Positions 18,636 through 28,912 of a stretch of DNA of 64,000 nt are shown in pieces. This DNA is from an uncultured Thermoleophilia bacterium (GTDB taxonomy: Bacteria; Actinomycetota; Thermoleophilia; UBA2241). The notes below the pieces were generated by a model. The model was not told the origin of the DNA. It made no database searches and saw only the letters and a list, made by a program, of their open reading frames with translations. Each line of letters starts with the position of its first letter. Positions within the stretch are counted from its first letter, which is position 1. Made by a program: the position numbers and the translations under genes. The stretch spans positions 219,725-283,724 of the forward strand of contig CAVZSF010000005.1 in NCBI GenBank assembly GCA_963777895.1, written 5' to 3'.

Positions 18636-20852
18636 CTAGAGCTGCGCGAACAGGTCGCCCAGCCAGCCGAGCAGGCCGCCGCCTCCGGAGCCGGTGCCTG
18701 CGTCGCTGGGCGCGACCATCGCCGCCGCCGCGCCCGTCCCCGTCGGGGTGGGTTTCGGGCTCTTGGTCGGCGTCGGCGACGGCTTGATGGTCTTGGTCTT
18801 GGTCGGCTGCGGCGTGGGCGAGATCGTGATGGTCGTCTTTGGTGACGGGCTGGCGCTGCCGCTGGCGCTCGGCGAGGGCGACATCGTCGAGTACTTGCCC
18901 TTCCAGGGCTTGTAGATCATCGAGACGGACGGGAAGGGCGTCGCCGGGAAGTCGGCCAGGGCGACCTTGTTGAACTTGCCCCACATGGGGACGCAGTAGG
19001 TCGCCCCCTGCACGCCGGGCATCGGATGCAGGTAGTCGTCCGGGTAGCCCATCCACACGGTGGTCACCAGGTTGGGCGTGTAGCCGCTGTACCAGGCGTC
19101 GATGAGGTCGTCGGTCGTGCCCGTCTTGCCGGCGCGAGGCACCGAGACGTAGGCGCTGGTCCCAGCCCCGGTCCCGCTGGACGCGTTCGCCTGGAGGACC
19201 TTGTTGACGGTCGACGCGACGCCGGCCGAGAGCACCCTGCGACCCTTGATCTTGGGCCGCCAGTCGACCTTGCCACTCGGCAGGACGACCTTCACGATCG
19301 CCTGCGGCGGGTGGTAGATGCCGCCACTGGCCAGCGTGGCGTAGGCAGTGGCGAGCTCGAGCGGGTTGACGACCTCGGTCCCGAGCGTGATCGACGGGAC
19401 GGGCTGGAGCGGGCTCGTGATGCCCATCCGCTGCGCCATCTCCACGACCTTCTCGGGACCCACGTCCATGCACAGCTGGGCGTAGACGCTGTTGTCTGAG
19501 CGCAGGGTCGCCTGGAACACGCTGATGCGGCCGGCGGAGCTGTGGTCGTAGGTGTTGACCGTCCAAGGCTTGGCGCCGGGTCCCATGGGGATGACGGTCG
19601 GGCTGTGCGACACGTAGTAGGTGCTCATGGGGTTCATCCCCATGTTCACGGCCGCGGTGAGCACGAACGGTTTCATGGCGGAACCCGGCTGGCGGCGCGA
19701 CTGCCAGGCGAGGTTGAACTTGCGCTTGCTGAAGTCGGTGCCTCCCACCATGGTGCGGATATAGCCCGTCTTCGGGTCGATCGCCACGAGGGCGCCGGCG
19801 GGACTGAAGCCCCAGTTCACGTCGCCGATGGTGGTGTCGATGGAGCTCAAACCGGCTTCTTGCCACGTCATGTCGATGCTCGTGTAGACCCGGAGGCCGC
19901 CCTCGAACACCTGCTTCGAGCCGTAGTGCTTGATGAGCTGCCGGGTCACGTAATCGACGAAGTAGGCCGCCTTGTCGTTGTTCTCGTCGAGCGGGTGCTT
20001 GTAGACGCCCAGGCTCATCTTCTGCACCGTCGCCGCCCGCTCCGGCGTGATGTAGCCCTCCTGCGCCATGAGGCTGAGCACCAGGTTGCGCCGCGATTTG
20101 GCCTGCTTCGGGTCGGTCGTCGGCGCGTACTGCGAGGGCAGTCGGATGAGGGCGGCCAGCAGCGCCGCCTCCTTGAGCGTCATGTCCTGCGCGCTCTTGT
20201 GGAAGTAGGTGCGGGAGGCCGCCTCCACGCCGTAGGCGCCCGAGCCGAAGTACACGGTGTTGAGGTAGGCGGTGAGGATGTGGTCCTTGTCCCAGCGGTT
20301 CTCGAGCTGGTAGGCGAGCACGGCTTCGCGCAGCTTGCGGGTGATGGACTGCTCGCCGCCGACGTAGGCGTTCTTGACGTACTGCGCCGTGATGGTGCTG
20401 CCGCCCTGTACGACGGCGCCCGCCTTGAGGTCGGCCACGGCGGCGCGGGCGATGCCGATGATGTCGACGCCGTGGTGCTCGTAGAAGCGCTGGTCCTCGA
20501 CCGCGACGGTCGCCTGCTTCATCACCTCGGGGATCTGGTCGCTCTTCACAAGCACGCGGTTCTCGGCGCCGTGAAGCTCGGCGATGATGTCGCCGTGACG
20601 GTCGTAGATGACCGTGTTCACGGCGTTGGCGCGGCGCTGCATATCGTCGATGTTCGGCATGTTGCGTGTCAGCGCGTAGAGCACGCCGGCGCCCGCCGCG
20701 AGGCCGGCGACGATCAGCAGCGCCAGCACGAGCAGGACCCAGCGCACCCAACGCCACGCGCCGCCGCGCCGGCGTTTCGCCTCGCGCCGGCGGCGCGCCT
20801 GGCGCGCGGGCGCGCCCGTGTCGTGTGCCTGGTATTTGGTGTAGTCGGCCAT
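18636..20852 (-). CDS. class A penicillin-binding protein (transglycosylase/transpeptidase) with Pro/Thr/Ser-rich C-terminal tail
   Basis: Glycosyltransferase motifs EDQRFYEHHGVD, GGSTITAQYVKN and RKLREA. Transpeptidase motifs SAMKPF, SDN and KTGTT. Confidence 0.9.
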   Translation of the reverse strand: MADYTKYQAHDTGAPARQARRRREAKRRRGGAWRWVRWVLLVLALLIVAGLAAGAGVLYALTRNMPNIDDMQRRANAVNTVIYDRHGDIIAELHGAENRVLVKSDQIPEVMKQATVAVEDQRFYEHHGVDIIGIARAAVADLKAGAVVQGGSTITAQYVKNAYVGGEQSITRKLREAVLAYQLENRWDKDHILTAYLNTVYFGSGAYGVEAASRTYFHKSAQDMTLKEAALLAALIRLPSQYAPTTDPKQAKSRRNLVLSLMAQEGYITPERAATVQKMSLGVYKHPLDENNDKAAYFVDYVTRQLIKHYGSKQVFEGGLRVYTSIDMTWQEAGLSSIDTTIGDVNWGFSPAGALVAIDPKTGYIRTMVGGTDFSKRKFNLAWQSRRQPGSAMKPFVLTAAVNMGMNPMSTYYVSHSPTVIPMGPGAKPWTVNTYDHSSAGRISVFQATLRSDNSVYAQLCMDVGPEKVVEMAQRMGITSPLQPVPSITLGTEVVNPLELATAYATLASGGIYHPPQAIVKVVLPSGKVDWRPKIKGRRVLSAGVASTVNKVLQANASSGTGAGTSAYVSVPRAGKTGTTDDLIDAWYSGYTPNLVTTVWMGYPDDYLHPMPGVQGATYCVPMWGKFNKVALADFPATPFPSVSMIYKPWKGKYSTMSPSPSASGSASPSPKTTITISPTPQPTKTKTIKPSPTPTKSPKPTPTGTGAAAAMVAPSDAGTGSGGGGLLGWLGDLFAQL

Positions 20853-20891
20853 GCCGTCGCTCCTACGACCTTCCCTGACCTCTGTCAGGGC

Positions 20892-21683
20892 TCAAACCGT
20901 CGCGCGGCGCAGGTCGTCGTCTGAGGGTCCAGGGTGTTCTTCTTTGGCGCCGGCCGCGGCCTCTCCTTTGGGCTGCACAAAGCGGGCCAGCACGATGGAG
21001 ACCTCGTACAGTATCACCAGCGGTACGAACATCGCTAACATCGAGAAGGCGTCCTGGCTCGGTGTGAGGACGGCGGCGAGCACGGCGTTGATGAGGATCG
21101 CGTAGCGCCGGTTCTTGCGCAGGAACTTGTCGTCGACGACCCCGACCTTGGCAAGCAGGGTGAGGACGACCGGCATCTCGAAGGTGAGCCCGAACGCCAG
21201 CAGGAAGAGCGCGACGAAGGTGAAGTAGTCGCTGGCCCTGTTCTGGACGTTGAAGTAGGAGCTGTTGAAATTGAGCAGGAAGTCGAGGCCGCGGGGCAGC
21301 ACCAGCGCGTAGGCGAAGGCGACGCCGCCGAGGAAGAGGGCGGCGCAGGCAACGACGACGGGCACGAAGTAGCGCTTCTCGGTGGTGCTGAACGCCGGCC
21401 CGACGAAGGCCCAGAACTGGTAGATGAGATAGGGCGAGGCGGCGATCACGCCTACGATCACCCAGACCTTGAGACTGACCATGAAGGGCTCGGAGGGGCT
21501 GAAGGTGGTGATCTGGTCCTTGCCGAACGGCAGGGGCCGAAGCAGCAGGTCGAAGACCCGGTCGTTGAAAATGGCGGCGAGGGTGACGCCCAGGGTCAGG
21601 ACGATGACAGAATGGAAGAGGCGTTTGCGCAGCTCGTCGAGGTGCTCGACGAGGGTCAGCTGGGCGTCTGGATCTATCGGCAT
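20892..21683 (-). CDS. tatC: twin-arginine translocase subunit TatC
   Basis: LVEHLDELRKRL at the N-terminus, six hydrophobic segments, and TPSQD. Confidence 0.9.
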   Translation of the reverse strand: MPIDPDAQLTLVEHLDELRKRLFHSVIVLTLGVTLAAIFNDRVFDLLLRPLPFGKDQITTFSPSEPFMVSLKVWVIVGVIAASPYLIYQFWAFVGPAFSTTEKRYFVPVVVACAALFLGGVAFAYALVLPRGLDFLLNFNSSYFNVQNRASDYFTFVALFLLAFGLTFEMPVVLTLLAKVGVVDDKFLRKNRRYAILINAVLAAVLTPSQDAFSMLAMFVPLVILYEVSIVLARFVQPKGEAAAGAKEEHPGPSDDDLRRATV

Positions 21684-21694
21684 GCCCGGGAAGC

Positions 21695-22075
21695 TCAGGT
21701 CCCGCTTGCGGCCGGCGGTGCTTCGTCGACGACCTCGCCGGTGAGCGCCTCGTCGTCGTGGGCGCCGAGGTCGATCTTGAGGCCGTCGCGGACATCCTCG
21801 ACGGGACCCGTAACGACCTTCTTGACGTCGTTGATGGGCTCTGCGACCGTCTTCTTGACGTCGTCGAAGCCGCCGACCACCGTCTGTTTGACGTCGTTGA
21901 CCTCGCGCAGGACCTCGTCCACGCCGAGCTCCTTGGTGACCGACTCGGTCGCCTTCCTGAAGTCGCGCACCGTGCGGCCCAGCGACCTGCCCATCTCGGG
22001 CAGGCGGCTCGGCCCGAAGACGAGCAGGGCGAGGACGAGGATGACGACGATCTCGGCGGGGCCGATGTTCAGCAT
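21695..22075 (-). CDS. tatA: twin-arginine translocase TatA/TatB family protein with long acidic C-terminal extension
   Basis: MLNIGPAEIVVILVLALLVFGPSRLPEMGRSLGRTVRDFRKA. Confidence 0.85.
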   Translation of the reverse strand: MLNIGPAEIVVILVLALLVFGPSRLPEMGRSLGRTVRDFRKATESVTKELGVDEVLREVNDVKQTVVGGFDDVKKTVAEPINDVKKVVTGPVEDVRDGLKIDLGAHDDEALTGEVVDEAPPAASGT

Positions 22076-22479
22076 GGGAGGACGCGGCTCCGGATAGGGT
22101 CCAGTCTGGCCAGTGTAGGGACCGCCGCAGGCGAGGTCAACGCGGCCGCACCGCGGACGCCGCGGCCGCCGGCGGGGCGCGTCGCGCGCGAGAAGCTTAC
22201 GCGGCTTACGCGGCGCGCCGGGCGGCGTCGCGCGACGCCGCCCAGGACGCGCCGCGCGGCGGAGCTTGGCGGCGCGTCCCGGAGCCGGCTGTCTAACCTC
22301 GCCGCGGGGCTCTGGACATTCCGTACGAGAGACCAGAAAAAGCGCTGCAAAACGAGCATGCGCGGGGCATGTGGGGTGGGGCTTGTGTTGGTTGCGCTGC
22401 TCATTCCCGCTTTGCTACAGTACGCGGCAGCCGGCTCCCGTCTCACTGCCATGGGCGACGTGCGTGTCCGGCGATCCGC

Positions 22480-22848
22480 ATGACGAGCGAATATCTCACC
22501 AACTGGCTGTACGTCTGGGCGTTCATCGTCGCCGGGGCCGCTCTCGTGGTGCTCATCCTGCTGTTCGCCAAACTGGTGAACCCGGAGCACCTCAGCCCCG
22601 AGAAGCTGAGCCCCTACGAATGCGGCATCCCGCCCGTCGGTACGCCGTGGGCGCCGTTCGCCGTGCGCTACTACGTCTTCGCGCTCCTCTTCCTCGTGTT
22701 CGACGTCGAGGCGGTCTTCCTCTTCCCCTGGGCGCTCACGTTCCGCACGCTGGGCACAGCCGGGTTCGTCGAGATGATGTTGTTCATCGTCGTGCTGGCG
22801 TGGGGCCTGCTGTACGCGTGGCGCAAGGGGGCCCTCGAGTGGGCTTGA
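22480..22848 (+). CDS. nuoA: NADH-quinone oxidoreductase subunit A
   Basis: YECGIPPVG ... [22 protein letters not shown]. The internal ATG of ORF 22369..22848 is taken as the start. Confidence 0.85.
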   Translation: MTSEYLTNWLYVWAFIVAGAALVVLILLFAKLVNPEHLSPEKLSPYECGIPPVGTPWAPFAVRYYVFALLFLVFDVEAVFLFPWALTFRTLGTAGFVEMMLFIVVLAWGLLYAWRKGALEWA

Positions 22849-22864
22849 TCGCGACGGTGCCGGC

Positions 22865-23398
22865 TTGAAGGTCAGGTACCCGAAGCTCGAACATATCGAG
22901 CACCCCAACGTAATCACGACGACGGCCGACTTCATCTTCAGCTGGGCTCGCTCAAACTCGGTCTTCCCCTTCACGTACGGCCTCGCCTGCTGCGCCATCG
23001 AGATGCTCAGCTCGGGCTTCGCGCGCTTCGACGTGGCGCGCTACGGCATGGAGGTCTTCCGGCCGACGCCGCGCCAGTGCGACCTCATGATCGTGGCCGG
23101 TACGGTCAACGAGAAGATGGCGCCCGTCCTGCGCCGTCTCTACGACCAGATGGCCGAGCCGAAGTGGGTCATCGCGATGGGCGCCTGCGCGACCAGCGGC
23201 GGCCCCTTCTACGACGGCTACAACGTCGTCAACGGCGTGGACAAGATCGTGCCGGTCGACGTGTACATCCCCGGTTGTCCGCCCCGGCCCGAGGCGCTCT
23301 TCCAGGGTCTTCTCGAGCTGCAGAAGAAGATCCAGCAGCACAAGTTCGTGCCCGAGACGCCGGGGACGGCGGTCGAGGCCGGGAAGGCTGCCGACTGA
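22865..23398 (+). CDS. nuoB: NADH-quinone oxidoreductase subunit B
   Basis: [19 protein letters not shown] and PGCPPRPE. Confidence 0.9.
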   Translation: MKVRYPKLEHIEHPNVITTTADFIFSWARSNSVFPFTYGLACCAIEMLSSGFARFDVARYGMEVFRPTPRQCDLMIVAGTVNEKMAPVLRRLYDQMAEPKWVIAMGACATSGGPFYDGYNVVNGVDKIVPVDVYIPGCPPRPEALFQGLLELQKKIQQHKFVPETPGTAVEAGKAAD

Positions 23399-23399
23399 C

Positions 23400-23894
23400 A
23401 TGGCGCTCGAGATCGGCTCCTTCAAGCTGACCATGGACGAGATCGCCCTGCGCCTGGACGAGGCGTTCGAGGGCGAGCTCGAGGACGTGCGCGTGCAGGA
23501 GCCGGACACCATCGTCGCCGGGCTCGACCGCACCAAGCTCCTCGACGTGGCGCGCCGTCTGAAGGACCTTCCGCAGATCGGCTACGAGACGCTCAACTTC
23601 ATCGCCGCGGTCGACCACGGCAAGCAGCTCGAGAGCGTGTACCACGTGTACTCGTGGCACACGAACACGTACCTCGAGCTGCATGTCGCGGTGCCGCGCG
23701 GCGCCGCCGAGCTCGACACCGTGACCGGTGTCTGGCCGGCGGCCGACTGGCACGAGCGCGAGGCCTGGGACATGATGGGCATCCGCTACCTCGGCCACCC
23801 CGACCTGCGCCGCATCCTCCTCAAGGACGACTTCGTCGGGCATCCGCTGCGCAAGGACTACGTCGACCTGGCCGAGAACCATCCGCATGCCTGA
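23400..23894 (+). CDS. nuoC: NADH-quinone oxidoreductase subunit C
   Basis: [29 protein letters not shown]. Confidence 0.9.
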   Translation: MALEIGSFKLTMDEIALRLDEAFEGELEDVRVQEPDTIVAGLDRTKLLDVARRLKDLPQIGYETLNFIAAVDHGKQLESVYHVYSWHTNTYLELHVAVPRGAAELDTVTGVWPAADWHEREAWDMMGIRYLGHPDLRRILLKDDFVGHPLRKDYVDLAENHPHA

Positions 23895-25101
23895 GCAGCT
23901 CACCACAGCCGAGCCCGACGAGGCCCTCAAGCTCGCGCTGCGCCGTATCGACGAGGCGCGCGCCCGCGGCGAAGGCTCCGACGTCGAGGGCCTCGAGTTC
24001 AACGAGGTCGTCGTGAACATGGGGCCGCAGCACCCGTCGACCCACGGCGTGCTGCGGCTCGTCGTCACCCTCGACGGCGAGCTCGTCAAAGACGTGATCC
24101 CGGTGATCGGCTACCTGCACCGCTCCAAGGAGAAGCTCGCCGAGAGGCGCACGTATTATCAGTACATACCGATCGTCGACCGCACGGAGTACCTCGCGAG
24201 CATGAACTGCGAGTGGGGCTACGTGATGACGGTCGAGAAGCTCATGGGCATCCGGCCGACGCGGCGCGCGGAGGTCATCCGGGTCCTTCTCGGCGAGCTC
24301 ATGCGCATCGCCAGCCACCAGGTCGCCGTCGGCACGTTCGTCGCCGACCTCTCGCCTTTGGGTACGGCGATGGTCTTTTACATGTTCCGCGACCGCGAGG
24401 TCATCCTCGACCTGCTCGAGGAGGTCTCCGGGGCACGCATGATGTTCAACTACCTCCGCTTCGGCGGCGTGCGCTACGACCTGCCCGACGGCTGGGTCGA
24501 GCGGTGCCGCGACTTCATGAAGCGCTTGCCCAAGCTGATCGACGAGTACGAGTCGCTGGTCGACGACAACGCCATCTTCCTGCAGCGCGCCGTCGGCAAG
24601 GGCGTCATCACCCAGCAGGACGTGAAGGACTACGGCATCACGGGTCCCAATGCGCGAGCCTCGGGGGTCGCCCTCGACCTGCGTCGCACCCGGCCGTACT
24701 CGATCTATCCCGAGCTGGACTTCGAGATCTGCACCGCAGCGCACGGCGACGTGTTCGACCGCTACAGAGTGCGCATGGATGAGATGCGCGAGTCGGTGAA
24801 GATCGTCGAGCAGTGCCTCGACAAGCTGCGCCCCGGGCCGGTGCAGCTGGGTTCGCTGCGCGCCCCCTATGTCATCACGCCGCCACCGGGCGCCTGCTAC
24901 GTGGGCCAGGAGAACCCGCGCGGCGAGTACGGCACGTACATCGAGAGCGACGGGTCGCGGTACCCCGCGCGGCTGAAGTTCCGCGACCCCTGCTTCTGCA
25001 ACCTGCAGCTCTTCCCCAAGCTGCTGCGCGGCAACAAGATCGCCGACGCGGTGGCCATCTCCGGCAGCATCGACCTCGTGCTGGGAGGGATCGACCGCTA
25101 G
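23887..25101 (+). CDS. nuoD: NADH-quinone oxidoreductase subunit D
   Basis: [24 protein letters not shown] and a C-terminal VLGGIDR. Confidence 0.9.
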   Translation: MPEQLTTAEPDEALKLALRRIDEARARGEGSDVEGLEFNEVVVNMGPQHPSTHGVLRLVVTLDGELVKDVIPVIGYLHRSKEKLAERRTYYQYIPIVDRTEYLASMNCEWGYVMTVEKLMGIRPTRRAEVIRVLLGELMRIASHQVAVGTFVADLSPLGTAMVFYMFRDREVILDLLEEVSGARMMFNYLRFGGVRYDLPDGWVERCRDFMKRLPKLIDEYESLVDDNAIFLQRAVGKGVITQQDVKDYGITGPNARASGVALDLRRTRPYSIYPELDFEICTAAHGDVFDRYRVRMDEMRESVKIVEQCLDKLRPGPVQLGSLRAPYVITPPPGACYVGQENPRGEYGTYIESDGSRYPARLKFRDPCFCNLQLFPKLLRGNKIADAVAISGSIDLVLGGIDR

Positions 25102-26235
25102 ATGGACTGGCTGGACTGGGATCTCGTCATCGACGTCGCCCGCCTCGTCGTCTGCATCGTGGTCGCCTACCTGGTGGTCTTCGCCGCCGCGCTCGCCAAC
25201 ATCGTCTTCGAGCGCCGCGCCCTCGCCTTCATGCAGGACCGCCACGGCCCCAACCGCGTCGGTCCCCACGGGATCTTCCAGAGCATCGCCGACGCCTTCA
25301 AGATGATGGGCAAGGAGGACTTCCGGCCGGCGTTCGCCGACCCGTGGATCTTCACGCTGGCGCCGATCCTCGTGATGGTCGGCGCCGTCGCCGTCCAGCT
25401 GACGATGCCCTACACCAAGGGCTTCACGCCGGCCGACCTGAACGTCGGGCTCATCTACATCGTCGCCGTCACCAGCTTCACGACGATGGCGATCCTGCTG
25501 GGCGGCTGGGCGTCGCGCAACAAGTACTCGCTCGTCGGCGCGCTCCGTTCCGGCGCCCAGATGATCAGCTACGAGATCCCCATGATCCTGGCGCTGCTCG
25601 TGGTCGCGATGGCGGTCGGCTCACTCAGCCTCAACGACGTCGTGGCGGCCCAGGCCGACTACAAGTGGCTCGCGATCTACATGCCGTTCACCTTCCTGCT
25701 TTACATCATCGCCGCCATCGCCGAGCTCAATCGCGGCCCCTTCGACCTGCCCGAGTCGGAGTCGGAGCTCGTCTCGGGCTACGGCACCGAGTACTCCGGC
25801 ATGCGCTTCGGCATGTTCTTCCTGAACGAGTACGCCGGCATGACGATCATGTCGATGGTCGCCGTCACCATCTTCCTGGGCGGCTGGCACGGCCCCTTCG
25901 AGGACCTCATCACCATCGGCGGGGTGGCCATCGTGCCCTTCATCTGGTTCATGCTGAAGACCTACCTGCTGGTCTTCGCCCTGGTATGGGTGCGGCTCTC
26001 GCTGCCGCGCCTCCAGGTCGACCAGCTCATGAGCTTCGCCTGGAAGGTCCTCATCCCGCTCGGCCTCGTGAACATCGCCGTCTCGGCGGCCGTGATGCTC
26101 TGGGTACCGAGCTGGAAGTGGGGGCTGCTCGTGGCGGGCTGGGCCTCGCTACTCGCCTTCGTCGCGCTCTTCGACCCCGTCCTCAAGTGGCGCCTGCGCA
26201 AGCAGCGTGACGCTGTGCCGGTGGTGAACGCCTGA
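25102..26235 (+). CDS. nuoH: NADH-quinone oxidoreductase subunit H
   Basis: ERRALAFMQDRHGPNRVGP, ELNRGPFDLPESESELVSGY.TEYSG. Confidence 0.9.
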   Translation: MDWLDWDLVIDVARLVVCIVVAYLVVFAAALANIVFERRALAFMQDRHGPNRVGPHGIFQSIADAFKMMGKEDFRPAFADPWIFTLAPILVMVGAVAVQLTMPYTKGFTPADLNVGLIYIVAVTSFTTMAILLGGWASRNKYSLVGALRSGAQMISYEIPMILALLVVAMAVGSLSLNDVVAAQADYKWLAIYMPFTFLLYIIAAIAELNRGPFDLPESESELVSGYGTEYSGMRFGMFFLNEYAGMTIMSMVAVTIFLGGWHGPFEDLITIGGVAIVPFIWFMLKTYLLVFALVWVRLSLPRLQVDQLMSFAWKVLIPLGLVNIAVSAAVMLWVPSWKWGLLVAGWASLLAFVALFDPVLKWRLRKQRDAVPVVNA

Positions 26236-26996
26236 TGCTCGGCATGTTCAAGGCCATGCGGACGACGCTCCGCCACCTGCCCATGAAGAAGATCACGGTC
26301 GAGTACCCGGAGGAGCGCGACCGCCTGCCCGAGCGCAGCCGCGGCCTCTTCCGCGTCGTGATCGACCCGGTGAGCGGCGAGCCGCGCTGCCGTGCCTGCA
26401 CGCTGTGCGAGACGAACTGCCCGGTGCAGGTCATCCGCGTGAACTACACGTCCAAGTACCCTCTGCCCGTGCCGAACGCGGCGCGTGTCACCAAGGCGCG
26501 GGTCGAGGCGCAGAAGGACGTCGACCTCAAGAAGCTGCGGCCGGTGCTCGACGAGTTCTACGAGCACGGCACCGGCCTCATCGCCATGCTGCAGCAGACG
26601 CAGGAGGTGTACGGCTACCTGCCGCGCATGGCCCTGCAGGAGGTCTCGCTGCAGACCGGCGTCTCGCTCTCGCAGATCTACGGCGTCTCGAGCTTCTACA
26701 ACCAGTTCCGGCTCTCGCCGGTCGGCAAGTACCTCATCGACGTCTGTCACGGCACCGCCTGCCACGTGGCGGGCGCCACGCAGATCACCGAGGCCCTGGA
26801 GGAGGAGCTCGGTGTCGCGAACGGGCGTACGACCAAGGACATGCTCTTCACGCTCGGCTCGGTGGCGTGCATGGGGGCCTGCTCGCAGGCGCCCGTCATG
26901 CGCATCGGCGACGACACCTACGGAGGCATCACCCCAGACCGGACGCGCAAGATCATCCGCGACCTCATGGCCGAGGTCGGAGCGACAAAGGGGTGA
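26235..26996 (+). CDS. fusion protein: N-terminal half of NuoI (single 4Fe-4S motif) joined in frame to a complete NuoE/HydC-type [2Fe-2S] subunit
   Basis: aa 1-75 read KITVEYPEERDRLPERSRGLF...CRACTLCETNCP (26388..26423), as in the NuoI N-terminus. aa ~100-253 read LIAMLQQTQEVYGYLP, GVSSFYNQF, VCHGTACHVAG and CMGACSQAPV, as in NuoE. It is a single uninterrupted ORF. Confidence 0.8.
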   Translation: MLGMFKAMRTTLRHLPMKKITVEYPEERDRLPERSRGLFRVVIDPVSGEPRCRACTLCETNCPVQVIRVNYTSKYPLPVPNAARVTKARVEAQKDVDLKKLRPVLDEFYEHGTGLIAMLQQTQEVYGYLPRMALQEVSLQTGVSLSQIYGVSSFYNQFRLSPVGKYLIDVCHGTACHVAGATQITEALEEELGVANGRTTKDMLFTLGSVACMGACSQAPVMRIGDDTYGGITPDRTRKIIRDLMAEVGATKG

Positions 26997-27005
26997 GCCG
27001 CGCGC

Positions 27006-28910
27006 ATGGCTGACGAGACGAAGGTTGACGAGGTGACGGCCGAGGCCCAGACCGAGGCGCGCAACGTGCGCGTCGAGCGCGAGCGCGACGGACGCCTGCG
27101 CGTGACCGTGTGCGCGGGCACGGCTTGCGTCTTCGCCGGCTCGCTGGCCGTGCACGACGCCTTCGTCGAAGAGGTCAGGGCGGCCGGCCTCGAGAGCGAG
27201 GTCAGAGTCTCGATCATCGGCTGCCACGGCCTGTGCTCGCAGAGCCCCGTCACGGTCTGCTCCGACGACATCTTCTACGGCCGTCTGCGGCCGCAGGACG
27301 CGAAGGTCGTCGTCGAGCAGCATTTCCGCGGCGGCACGCCCGTCGAGAAGTTCATGTACAAGGACCCCGCGACGGGCGCGGTCGTGCGCGACTGGCACGA
27401 TATCGGCTTCTACCGGCAGCAGACCCGCATCGCGTTGCGCAACGTCGGCGTGATCGACCCCGAAAGCATCAGCGAGGCGATCACGCGCGGCGGCTACGAC
27501 GCCGCGCGTCTGGCGCTCACGTCAAGGACACCCGAGTGGATCGTCCAGCACGTGACCGACTCGGGCATCCGCGGGCGCGGCGGCGCCGGCTTCCCGACCG
27601 GCGTCAAGTGGGAGTTCGCGAGCAAGTCGCCGGGGGCCGAGAAGTACATCATCTGCAACGCCGACGAGGGCGACCCCGGCGCGTTCATGGACTGTTCGAT
27701 CCTCGAGGGCGACCCCCACGCCGTCGTCGAGGGCCTGCTGATCGGCAGCTACGCGATCGGCGCGCACGAGGGCTACGTCTACGTGCGCGCCGAATACCCG
27801 CTCGCCGTGAAGCGCCTCACGAAGGCCATCGCCGACGCAGAGGCGCGCGGCTTCATCGGCAAGGACTGCTTCGGCACCGGGTGGGAGTTCAACCTCCACA
27901 TCAAGCTCGGCGCCGGCGCCTTCGTCTGTGGCGAAGAGACCGCGCTGATCGCCTCGATCGAGGGCAAGCGCGGCATGCCGCGCACCCGGCCGCCGTACCC
28001 GGCCGTCTCGGGCCTCTGGGGCAAGCCGACCAACATCAACAACGTCGAGACGCTCGCCAACATCCCGTGGATCATCACCCACGGCGCCGAGCAGTACGCG
28101 GCGCTCGGCGCCGAGCGCAGTCGCGGCACCAAGGCCTTCTCGCTGGCCGGCAAGATCGTCAACGGTGGCCTCGCCGAGGTGCCGATGGGCTCGACGCTGC
28201 GCAACGTGATCTTCGACGTGGGCGGCGGCATCAAGGACGGCCGCGAGTTCAAAGCGGTACAGCTCGGCGGGCCGTCCGGCGGCTGCGTGCCGGCGAGCCT
28301 CCTCGACACGCCGGTCGACTACGAGTCCCTCGCCGCGACCGGCGCCATCGTCGGCTCGGGTGGCATGGTCGTCGTCGACGACCAGACCTGCATGGTCGAC
28401 CTGGCGCACTTCTTCCTGCAGTTCACGCAGAACGAGAGCTGCGGCAAGTGCGTGCCCTGCCGGCTCGGCACCAAGCGCATGCTCGAGACGCTGGAGCGCA
28501 TCACGGCCGGCGACGGCCGCGAGGGCGACATCGAGATGCTCGAGGAGCTGTCGCACTACATCATCGACGGCTCGCTGTGCGCCCTTGGCGGCACCGCGCC
28601 CAACCCCGTGCTCACCACCATCAAGTACTTCCGTGACGAGTACGAGGCGCACGTGCGCGAGAAGCGCTGCCCCGCCGGCAAGTGCAAGGCGCTCATCACC
28701 TACTACATCGACGCCGAGGCGTGCACGGGCTGCACGCTCTGTGCCAAGAAGTGCCCCACGCAGTGCATCACGGGAGAGAAGAAGCAGCTCCACGTGATCG
28801 ACGTGACCAACTGCATCAAGTGCGACACCTGCCGGCAGGTGTGCAAGTTCGACGCCGTCAAGGTGCGCTCGGGCATCGAGCAGCCGGCCGGCGTCGCCGG
28901 GGAGGCCTGA
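27006..28910 (+). CDS. NuoF-like NADH/FMN subunit of the long HydB/HndC type (N-terminal thioredoxin-like [2Fe-2S] domain, C-terminal 2x[4Fe-4S] ferredoxin domain)
   Basis: CAGTAC...CHGLC, then GRGGAGFPTG, NADEGDPGAF and ESCGKCVPCR, then CTGCTLCAKKCP and CIKCDTCRQVC. Confidence 0.85.
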   Translation: MADETKVDEVTAEAQTEARNVRVERERDGRLRVTVCAGTACVFAGSLAVHDAFVEEVRAAGLESEVRVSIIGCHGLCSQSPVTVCSDDIFYGRLRPQDAKVVVEQHFRGGTPVEKFMYKDPATGAVVRDWHDIGFYRQQTRIALRNVGVIDPESISEAITRGGYDAARLALTSRTPEWIVQHVTDSGIRGRGGAGFPTGVKWEFASKSPGAEKYIICNADEGDPGAFMDCSILEGDPHAVVEGLLIGSYAIGAHEGYVYVRAEYPLAVKRLTKAIADAEARGFIGKDCFGTGWEFNLHIKLGAGAFVCGEETALIASIEGKRGMPRTRPPYPAVSGLWGKPTNINNVETLANIPWIITHGAEQYAALGAERSRGTKAFSLAGKIVNGGLAEVPMGSTLRNVIFDVGGGIKDGREFKAVQLGGPSGGCVPASLLDTPVDYESLAATGAIVGSGGMVVVDDQTCMVDLAHFFLQFTQNESCGKCVPCRLGTKRMLETLERITAGDGREGDIEMLEELSHYIIDGSLCALGGTAPNPVLTTIKYFRDEYEAHVREKRCPAGKCKALITYYIDAEACTGCTLCAKKCPTQCITGEKKQLHVIDVTNCIKCDTCRQVCKFDAVKVRSGIEQPAGVAGEA

Positions 28911-28912
28911 GC

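Noticed and set aside
22196-22213. Direct repeat cttacgcgg x2 in the 400-bp region upstream of nuoA.
   Set aside because: Only two 9-nt copies in a GC-rich spacer. This is too short to distinguish from chance or to call an operator.
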